This document shows, piece by piece, positions 1 through 5,422 of a stretch of DNA of 36,185 bases. The stretch's first letter is position 1; each line of letters starts with the position of its first letter. The stretch covers positions 1 through 36,185 of the IMG/VR virus record IMGVR_UViG_3300008261_000065; one strand, written 5' to 3'. The DNA comes from a virus. Its lineage: Duplodnaviria; Caudoviricetes. The position numbers were made by a program, and so were the translations under genes. Under the pieces are notes generated by a model, which was not told where the DNA came from, ran no database searches, and saw only the letters and a list, made by a program, of their open reading frames with translations.

Positions 1-1
1 T

Positions 2-121
2 GCCAAGAAAATGAATGGTGCAAGTGGTGCTGGTGCTTATTCTGGTGCAAACGTAGGTGCTGGTGTTTCTCTGAACCGTCAAGCATCTGGTTCTGTGACC
101 AAACAACTCTGTGGGGTGTGA
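2..121 (+). CDS. 3' end of an early-region hypothetical protein (5'-truncated), possibly DUF2786-like
   Basis: Open frame AKKMNGASGAGAYSGANVGAGVSLNRQASGSVTKQLCGV* ending in TGA at 119-121; the Gly/Ala-rich 'V.LNRQ' tail is reminiscent of DUF2786-type C-termini. Confidence 0.6.
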   Translation, partial: AKKMNGASGAGAYSGANVGAGVSLNRQASGSVTKQLCGV

Positions 122-166
122 GTTAAACATCACCCTTTCTCTTTTCCTTCCTTTATTCTTGATACG

Positions 167-496
167 ATGATGACTCAACTTTCGATTGGTGAATGTAAAG
201 TGATGTGGGTTGTTGGTGCATTGCAACGACTTGCAACTTTGGGTATGATTGGTCCTGACATTCCACTGAAACTGACTGCTGAGGCAGTGGATGATTACTT
301 GGAGATTGATAATCATCGGAACATTCTGTTTGAGTCAGACTTTGAGATTGCGAGTATTTTTACTGCACTTGCAAAAGATGAGTGTGATGAAGAACCCAGT
401 CCTGAGGATACTGAAGCAATCATTGATTTGATTCTTGAGTATAAGAACAATCGCACTGAGATTGTTAAGTTTGCATTGTCGCATCAGACTATCTGA
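167..496 (+). CDS. hypothetical early protein (109 aa, acidic)
   Basis: ORF track; codon usage matches neighbouring early genes; pyrimidine-rich leader. Confidence 0.8.
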   Translation: MMTQLSIGECKVMWVVGALQRLATLGMIGPDIPLKLTAEAVDDYLEIDNHRNILFESDFEIASIFTALAKDECDEEPSPEDTEAIIDLILEYKNNRTEIVKFALSHQTI

Positions 497-511
497 GTCC
501 AGTGTTAAGAC

Positions 512-569
512 GTGCCACTTATTCTAGTGGCACAATACACTCCCCAAACCCTTCCAGATGCCCTATAAT
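512..569 (+). promoter_or_regulatory. early promoter cassette copy 1: GTGCCACT-N6-AGTGGCAC palindrome, C-rich block, -10 TATAAT (564-569)
   Basis: Intergenic; nearly identical to 1071-1130; precedes ORF 593. Confidence 0.8.
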
Positions 570-592
570 GATGGAACATCAGCAATGGAACG

Positions 593-781
593 ATGACTAA
601 GGTTGAAACAATTCAATTTTTCATCAATCAAATTGAAGGTGATTTGGAAGATATTTCTTGGCAGATTCGGGAGGAAACAAATTATGAAGATAATTCTATT
701 GATTATTTGAGTGAAGAGTATGATGAAAAGAAAGAACATCTAGAAAATCTCAAGAGTATTCTTTCTCAACTGCAAAACTGA
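593..781 (+). CDS. hypothetical early protein (62 aa, acidic, coiled-coil-like)
   Basis: ORF track; directly downstream of the promoter cassette. Confidence 0.8.
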   Translation: MTKVETIQFFINQIEGDLEDISWQIREETNYEDNSIDYLSEEYDEKKEHLENLKSILSQLQN

Positions 782-803
782 GTTCTTTATTCTTTTCCTT
801 TCA

Positions 804-1058
804 ATGTTTGACCTGCTTAACTTCCAACCGCATCCGAGCAGCATTGCAAATACCATTCAAGCAAAACATAAGTTTGAGAATGATTGGGAGATTAGTGTAG
901 TTGCTGGACCACCGAATTGTGGTCTTTATGGCAACATCAATGAGAATACCTATGAGGTTGGTATCTTCCGACCGAATGGTAATATGACTGAAGATGTAAG
1001 TGGATGGAAAACTAAAGAGCAAGTTTCTGCGATGATGTGGGTGCTGTCTCAACTCTAG
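804..1058 (+). CDS. hypothetical early protein (84 aa), widespread phage-type family with F.N...ISVV..GLY..YEV..DV.GW motif
   Basis: ORF track; motif pattern typical of small phage proteins. Confidence 0.8.
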   Translation: MFDLLNFQPHPSSIANTIQAKHKFENDWEISVVAGPPNCGLYGNINENTYEVGIFRPNGNMTEDVSGWKTKEQVSAMMWVLSQL

Positions 1059-1070
1059 TCTCTTATACGA

Positions 1071-1130
1071 TGTGCCACTTGTTCTAGTGGCACAATACAC
1101 CCCCCAAACCCCCTGCTGCCGTGCTATGAT
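1071..1130 (+). promoter_or_regulatory. early promoter cassette copy 2: TGTGCCACT-N6-AGTGGCACA palindrome, C-rich block, extended -10 TGcTATGAT
   Basis: Intergenic direct repeat of 512-569; precedes ORF 1155. Confidence 0.8.
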
Positions 1131-1154
1131 TACGGAGTAATCAAGGGTGATCGG

Positions 1155-1328
1155 ATGACTGCTGCTCAACGGATGGAAAAGCAATTCTTCATTCACTTCA
1201 TTACTCTTATCAATGAAGTTCAGGGTAAGCAAAAACTTCCTTCTCAAGCAACTGGTTATCGTAAGTCTGCTTGGGTAAAGCAAGTCCAAAACCCCAAACA
1301 GAAGAAAGATGCTCTGACTCTTGTTTAG
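1155..1328 (+). CDS. hypothetical early protein (57 aa, MTAAQRMEKQFF...)
   Basis: Translated by hand; ATG1155-TAG1328; follows the promoter cassette. Confidence 0.75.
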   Translation: MTAAQRMEKQFFIHFITLINEVQGKQKLPSQATGYRKSAWVKQVQNPKQKKDALTLV

Positions 1329-1364
1329 TTTCTTCTTTCTATCTGTCCCACATAAAAACAACCA

Positions 1365-1529
1365 ATGCTGATCAAAACTGTTTTCGACGTTCAAACTCAA
1401 CAACCTGGGTATGCAATCTGTGACCCTCACACTGAACGTTGCGGTTTTGTGACTTACAATCTGCTCAATGCAATTAAAGCAGGGCAATGTAAGTCTTTCG
1501 ATGAAGTGAAAACTCTGATTTCTAAGTGA
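1365..1529 (+). CDS. hypothetical early protein (54 aa, MLIKTVFDVQ...)
   Basis: Translated by hand; tight operon packing. Confidence 0.75.
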   Translation: MLIKTVFDVQTQQPGYAICDPHTERCGFVTYNLLNAIKAGQCKSFDEVKTLISK

Positions 1530-1530
1530 T

Positions 1531-1689
1531 ATGATGTCAAATCAAGTCCAGATTACTTATCAAGTGCCATACAATGATTGTGAGTGGAGGTTTCAATCTT
1601 TTCCTGATGTAAATGAAGCACAGAGAATGATTGAGTTCTATCGGTCTTGTGGTTCTCCTGCTAAGTTTGTAAATGACAATGATGACTGA
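1531..1689 (+). CDS. small cyanophage-type early protein (52 aa, EA.RMI.FYRSCGSPA motif)
   Basis: Translated by hand; starts 1 nt after the previous stop. Confidence 0.75.
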   Translation: MMSNQVQITYQVPYNDCEWRFQSFPDVNEAQRMIEFYRSCGSPAKFVNDNDD

Positions 1690-1825
1690 ATTGATTTTTC
1701 GATTTACACCTGAAGAACTTGAGGTATTGCAAGCACTGATTGAGTTTCATTCTGGTGCTGAGATTCCAGAATGGTTAAGTGAAGATGCTTATGATTCATT
1801 GTTTGAAAAGGTGATGAGCAACTAA
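1682..1825 (+). CDS. hypothetical early protein (47 aa, MTELIFRFTPEELEVL...)
   Basis: Translated by hand; overlaps the previous stop; alternative ATGs at 1673 and 1679. Confidence 0.7.
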   Translation: MTELIFRFTPEELEVLQALIEFHSGAEIPEWLSEDAYDSLFEKVMSN

Positions 1826-1826
1826 A

Positions 1827-1979
1827 ATGAAACAACCAAATCGCACTCAAATGTTAATCGAGGCACTTGAGTATTATATTCAAGACCTCAAAAAGAATGA
1901 TTGCACTGAAGCATCTATTCAAGCATACACAACTCTTCTAAAAGAAATCGACGTTGACAACTACTCAGTCATTGATTAA
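1827..1979 (+). CDS. small cyanophage-type protein (50 aa, MLIEALEYYIQDLK..CTEASI.AY.TLL)
   Basis: Translated by hand; 1 nt after the previous stop. Confidence 0.75.
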   Translation: MKQPNRTQMLIEALEYYIQDLKKNDCTEASIQAYTTLLKEIDVDNYSVID

Positions 1980-1986
1980 GTCTAAA

Positions 1987-2082
1987 ATGAAGAACAAAGA
2001 AAAACTTCAGTTGCTATCTAAGGCAACCAACGGCAAAGAACTTCTCCTGATCGCACAAGCAATTCTCAATTCCGCAAAATGA
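1987..2082 (+). CDS. hypothetical early peptide (31 aa, MKNKEKLQLLSKATNGKELL...)
   Basis: Translated by hand; ATGA overlap with ORF 2079. Confidence 0.65.
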   Translation: MKNKEKLQLLSKATNGKELLLIAQAILNSAK

Positions 2083-2273
2083 TTATTCTTCAAAAAGAAG
2101 ATCACGGTTGTGTTTATACTCTTGACCCTGATGAAAAAGAGTTGTATTATGCTCCTATCTACAAGGATAACACTGTAAACCTTTCTGAGTTTGCACCTGT
2201 AGATCTATCCAACTGCGAGGACATCAAAGAAGTCCTACACATTCAAAAAGAACTGATTGCCCTAATTCAATGA
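2079..2273 (+). CDS. hypothetical early protein (64 aa)
   Basis: ORF track; ATGA coupling at both ends. Confidence 0.8.
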   Translation: MIILQKEDHGCVYTLDPDEKELYYAPIYKDNTVNLSEFAPVDLSNCEDIKEVLHIQKELIALIQ

Positions 2274-2569
2274 AACAAACAGTTAAAGATCTAATCAATC
2301 AACTTGAAAAACTAGATCCGAATGAAACAATCTTCTCAGTCATTTATACTACTCAGAACATAAAAGAAGATTTGGCACATTATGATTACAATCGTAATGA
2401 AATTGTTTATCCATATACTGATGATCTAGCAGAACAAGTTCTTATCAATCTAGATTGTTATGATGTAATCTATGAAACAATTTACAAGAGTGTAAGAGAT
2501 GAAATGTCTCATCAAGTAGATCAACTCTCAAGAAAAGAAAATCTTCAACTTGAATCAGCATCTTACTAA
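2270..2569 (+). CDS. hypothetical early protein (99 aa, TVKDLI..L..LDP N-terminus)
   Basis: ORF track; ATGA overlap. Confidence 0.8.
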   Translation: MKQTVKDLINQLEKLDPNETIFSVIYTTQNIKEDLAHYDYNRNEIVYPYTDDLAEQVLINLDCYDVIYETIYKSVRDEMSHQVDQLSRKENLQLESASY

Positions 2570-2573
2570 TACA

Positions 2574-2729
2574 ATGAAAGAAACATTCGTAAGGTTAAAC
2601 AATGATCAGATTGAATTGTTACTTTATTGTCTTGAACAACAAGAGTATGAATTCAATGAGACTGAACAGACTTTATGCGAAGAGATCATTGATACTTTCA
2701 CCTCTGCTCAAGTAGAACTGAATACTTAA
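2574..2729 (+). CDS. hypothetical early protein (51 aa, MKETFVRLNNDQIELLL...)
   Basis: Translated by hand; 4 nt after the previous stop; last gene of the early array. Confidence 0.75.
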   Translation: MKETFVRLNNDQIELLLYCLEQQEYEFNETEQTLCEEIIDTFTSAQVELNT

Positions 2730-2799
2730 TCTTATGAATTGGTTAAATAAACGTTAATTAAAAAAAGGTATTAAAAAACATATATCTGTGTTTTGTTCT

Positions 2800-2821
2800 T
2801 TTTCCACAAGGGTGTGGAAAA
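2800..2821. promoter_or_regulatory. inverted pair of cyanobacterial-type DnaA boxes (TTTTCCACA 2800-2808; TGTGGAAAA 2813-2821)
   Basis: Exact matches to TTTTCCACA, 4 bp apart. Confidence 0.7.
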
Positions 2822-2913
2822 CTATGTGTTATGACTGTCTTATAGGTATTATTGACTCTTATATGCTCTTTTATTGTCTGAAAAACCTTATGGTTATTGC
2901 CGTCTAAGCGTGC

Positions 2914-2942
2914 ATTGTATCATAAAACCCCAGAAAAGTCAA
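2914..2942 (-). promoter_or_regulatory. sigma70-type promoter on the minus strand (TTGACT-17 bp-TACAAT, extended TG)
   Basis: Near-consensus -35/-10 with ideal spacing; no downstream minus-strand gene. Confidence 0.7.
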
Positions 2943-2992
2943 GGGCATAAAACCACTCTGAGAACTGGCACACTATAACTCCCCAGCACATC

Positions 2993-3021
2993 TTGATTCT
3001 TATGTCAAGTTCGTGTATGAT
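2993..3021 (+). promoter_or_regulatory. sigma70-type promoter (TTGATT-17 bp-TATGAT) preceded by a degenerate early-cassette copy (2951-2990)
   Basis: Motif and spacing; upstream CCACT..ACTGGCACA..CTCCCCA resembles 512-550. Confidence 0.5.
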
Positions 3022-3027
3022 CAGTTA

Positions 3028-3205
3028 TAGCAATGGATCTCATAAAACTCATACGTCTTATGAGACTCGGAGGATTTTTATTTGTTCGTCCATAAGACTC
3101 ATAATTCTCGGTGGATTCATTCGTCTAAGGACACTTCGTGCTCTGTCCATTCGTCTTATGAGTCTTATGCCATTCGTGCTAGATTTATAGGGCGGGAGGA
3201 GAGGG
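3028..3205 (+). ncRNA. candidate structured non-coding RNA
   Basis: Downstream of promoter 2993-3021; stems 3038-3045/3058-3065, 3091-3104/3156-3169 (14 bp perfect) and 3129-3133/3144-3148; ends in a G-rich tract. Confidence 0.35.
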
Positions 3206-3259
3206 AATTCGTTATAAACACCTAGAACTTATAAGAATTGCACAGGGGTCGATATAAAG

Positions 3260-3322
3260 TTTTCCACAGGCAAACTAATAGTTTTCCACAGGGTTGTGGA
3301 AAAAGTATAAGAGTTTTCCACA
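3260..3322. promoter_or_regulatory. cluster of four DnaA boxes (3260-3268 +, 3282-3290 +, 3295-3303 -, 3314-3322 +)
   Basis: Exact TTTTCCACA matches; the three + copies share GTTTTCCACAGG. Confidence 0.7.
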
Positions 3323-3324
3323 GG

Positions 3325-3575
3325 TATGATACCCTGGGTAGGGTTTTATATAAGAATCGAACAGTACTGTTTCGTGCTTTATGTTTCGTCCTTATGTGTT
3401 GACAACTCGTGGGTCTTCGAGTATTATGATACCTGGGGTATAGTTTTTTATTCTAATCACACAGTGATACTTAATTCGTTATGTGTGCCCCTTCGTTAAC
3501 ACTTATACCCTGGTAATAGTTTCTTATTCTTATAATACAGTACTATATGTTTATTATTCGTTGTTGTTCGTTATA
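3325..3575. repeat. three degenerate iteron-like units (TACC-N2/3-GGTA ... ACAGT ... TTCGT x2)
   Basis: TACC at 3330, 3430 and 3506; ACAGT exactly 31 bp later each time (3361, 3461, 3537). Confidence 0.65.
3399..3427 (+). promoter_or_regulatory. sigma70-type promoter (TTGACA-17 bp-TATTAT)
   Basis: Perfect -35 and 5/6 -10 with 17-bp spacer. Confidence 0.6.
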
Positions 3576-3706
3576 AGAATAAAACAGTGTTGTTTAATTC
3601 TAATTGACAGTTATTTGCGATTGTTGGGTATTATAATTATAAACCGATGCCCCCCCTAAAAGAAAAACGCATAACTACCCTAATCTATAAAAGTATGATT
3701 TTGACA

Positions 3707-3871
3707 ATGAGATTGTCTTTAAGAAAAAAAAATTTTCTAAGTACGAGAACCACCCATAAGGAAGAGTTAGAATACCTCGGAATTACCCTCGGAGAACTTA
3801 TAAAATTCGGAGCACAAGAGATAGAAAAATTTTTCCGGAGGGGAAAAAATTCTCCAAAGGTTGATATATAA
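3707..3871 (+). CDS. small hypothetical protein (54 aa from ATG3707; ORF open from 3647)
   Basis: ORF track 3647..3871; the upstream part overlaps poly-C, origin-like sequence, so the later ATG is preferred. Confidence 0.45.
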   Translation: MRLSLRKKNFLSTRTTHKEELEYLGITLGELIKFGAQEIEKFFRRGKNSPKVDI

Positions 3872-3896
3872 TTGGAAAAGAATAAACTGAAAGGAG

Positions 3897-4049
3897 ATGT
3901 TAGAGGTCACAGAGGGAGAAAAGGAACTGCTAATCGAGTGCATTCAGTATCGATTAGAAACAGACAAGACAGCAAATTCAAATGGAATGCTAAGGGAGGA
4001 ACTGGAAGAGTTGCTCTTTAAAGTAGAAGAATCTGATGAATACGTATAA
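3897..4049 (+). CDS. hypothetical protein (50 aa, MLEVTEGEKELLIECIQYRL...)
   Basis: Translated by hand; purine-rich AAAGGAG directly upstream. Confidence 0.75.
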   Translation: MLEVTEGEKELLIECIQYRLETDKTANSNGMLREELEELLFKVEESDEYV

Positions 4050-4203
4050 TATTGAAGTAAATGGAGTTACAATTGTTGAGAGAGTAAATCCAGAAGATTT
4101 AGATGGAATGTTGAGACAGGTCAGGGGACTTGTGTGGACATCTGGTGGCAATAATGAGGATATCAAAGTAATTCTAAATAATCAAGAAGACCCATTGCAA
4201 TGA
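4036..4203 (+). CDS. hypothetical protein (55 aa, MNTYNIEVNGVTIVE...)
   Basis: Translated by hand; overlaps the end of the previous gene. Confidence 0.7.
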   Translation: MNTYNIEVNGVTIVERVNPEDLDGMLRQVRGLVWTSGGNNEDIKVILNNQEDPLQ

Positions 4204-4223
4204 TTGATTTGTAGTGGTATAAT
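4195..4223 (+). promoter_or_regulatory. strong sigma70-type promoter (TTGCAA-17 bp-TATAAT, extended TG)
   Basis: Motif directly upstream of ORF 4247. Confidence 0.75.
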
Positions 4224-4246
4224 GTAAACGTCGAAATTTATTTTTT

Positions 4247-5002
4247 ATGGCTAAAGGATTTACGGTTAAAGCAAATGCTCCTATAAAGACAAACAATTCA
4301 TCTGATGAATTTAATGTTGCAGAAGCAAGAGAAATGATTCGTGGGAAGTCAATTGTATTTTGTCTTCCAGGAAGAGGAGTATCATATACATACTTGAAGA
4401 ATTTTGTACAGTTGTGTTTTGATCTTGTACAAGCAGGTGCAAGTATTCAAATTTCGCAAGACTATAGTTCGATGGTTAACTTTGCACGATGCAAAGTACT
4501 TGGAGCAAACGTTCTCAGAGGACCAAAGCAAGTTCCTTGGGATGGAAAACTGAATTATGATTATCAACTCTGGATTGACAGTGATATTGTCTTCGACACT
4601 GAGAAGTTCTATCGTCTTGTAGCAATGGATAAAGACATTGCTGCTGGTTGGTATTGCACTGAGGATGGTCACACCACATCTGTTGCACACTGGCTTGAAG
4701 AAGATGACTTTAAGAACAATGGTGGAGTGATGAATCACGAGACTCTGGAGACAATGCAGAATCGTCGTAAACCATTTACAGTTGATTATACTGGATTTGG
4801 TTGGGTACTGATTAAGAAGGGAGTCTTCGAGAATCTTGAGTATCCTTGGTTTGCACCTAAGATGCAAGTCTTTGATTCTGGAGAAGTTCAGGATATGTGT
4901 GGAGAGGATGTTTCATTCTGTCTGGATGCAAAAGAGGCAGGTTATGAGATCTGGTGCGATCCTAAGATTCGTGTTGGACACGAGAAGACCAGAATCATCT
5001 GA
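4247..5002 (+). CDS. conserved cyanomyovirus protein with GT-A (glycosyltransferase family 2-like) fold
   Basis: NFAR.K, LWIDSDIVF (DxD), TGFGWVLIKKGVF, GEDVSFC and VGHEK motifs. Confidence 0.85.
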   Translation: MAKGFTVKANAPIKTNNSSDEFNVAEAREMIRGKSIVFCLPGRGVSYTYLKNFVQLCFDLVQAGASIQISQDYSSMVNFARCKVLGANVLRGPKQVPWDGKLNYDYQLWIDSDIVFDTEKFYRLVAMDKDIAAGWYCTEDGHTTSVAHWLEEDDFKNNGGVMNHETLETMQNRRKPFTVDYTGFGWVLIKKGVFENLEYPWFAPKMQVFDSGEVQDMCGEDVSFCLDAKEAGYEIWCDPKIRVGHEKTRII

Positions 5003-5023
5003 GTCCCTTTTAGAATCGTCTTC

Positions 5024-5052
5024 TTGACGTTCTATAGCATTTTTGATAGGAT
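5024..5052 (+). promoter_or_regulatory. possible sigma70 promoter (TTGACG-17 bp-TAGGAT, extended TG)
   Basis: Motif and spacing. Confidence 0.45.
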
Positions 5053-5090
5053 GCCCTTATGGAGATTTCGAAGTCTTCTGAGGGCATTTT
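5051..5090 (+). terminator. probable intrinsic terminator after the GT-A gene
   Basis: Long stem ATGCCCTTA.GGAGATT/AGTCTTC.TGAGGGCAT followed by a T run. Confidence 0.6.
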
Positions 5091-5152
5091 AATTCCTTCT
5101 GAAAAAACCGTTTAAAAAAACCGTAAACAAAACCGACTAGGAGATTATTACA

Positions 5153-5296
5153 ATGGCAGTGAAAAAGAGTGCAAAAGGTGGAGCAAAAGTTGAATCAAAA
5201 CCCAAGCTGACTCTTCAAGGTTGTGGTCGTAATACTAAATATAGTGCAACGAGTCGTAATAAGGCACGTAAAAAGTATCGAGGTCAAGGAAAGTAA
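5153..5296 (+). CDS. small basic protein (47 aa, ...TSRNKARKKYRGQGK), typical of marine/freshwater T4-like phages near gp25
   Basis: Translated by hand; AGGAG RBS upstream; KKYRGQG C-terminus. Confidence 0.85.
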   Translation: MAVKKSAKGGAKVESKPKLTLQGCGRNTKYSATSRNKARKKYRGQGK

Positions 5297-5421
5297 TGAC
5301 AGAACCTAAAGAAAACTCAGAAGAAACCACTTCTACTTCTACACCAAAAGTTTTTGGTTGGGTTGCTGGAAAACCAGCATATTTACAAGAGCATCCAGAT
5401 AATAAAAAAGAGAATAAGTGA
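5296..5421 (+). CDS. short peptide ORF (41 aa, MTEPKENSEETTSTSTPKVFGWVAGKPAYLQEHPDNKKENK)
   Basis: TAATG coupling to the upstream gene; stop 1 nt before ATG5423. Confidence 0.65.
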   Translation: MTEPKENSEETTSTSTPKVFGWVAGKPAYLQEHPDNKKENK

Positions 5422-5422
5422 G

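Larger units (their letters stand above)
2730..3660. other. large non-coding region, candidate replication origin
   Basis: No credible ORF; DnaA boxes, AT-rich flanks, repeats and promoters. Confidence 0.6.

Noticed and set aside
801-1487. 228-aa minus-strand ORF
   Set aside because: Antisense to three well-formed + strand genes and a promoter cassette; no recognisable motifs
2800-2821. Inverted TTTTCCACA pair as an intrinsic terminator
   Set aside because: No U tract follows on either strand, and the same 9-mer also occurs as unpaired direct copies
2993-3190. 65-aa + strand ORF
   Set aside because: Its start lies within a -35 box, it has no RBS, and the Arg/Ser/Ile-rich sequence comes from DNA repeats; better explained as non-coding
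3260-3575. CRISPR-like array
   Set aside because: Repeats are 9-16 bp, degenerate, irregularly spaced and partly inverted; no cas genes in the window
3604-3643. sigma70 promoter from TTGACA at 3604
   Set aside because: Spacing to the nearest -10-like hexamers is 19 or 22 bp; ambiguous in AT-rich DNA
5354-5422. N-terminal extension of the ATP-grasp ORF from 5354
   Set aside because: Overlaps the coupled 41-aa ORF in another frame; ATG5423 lies 1 nt after that ORF's stop
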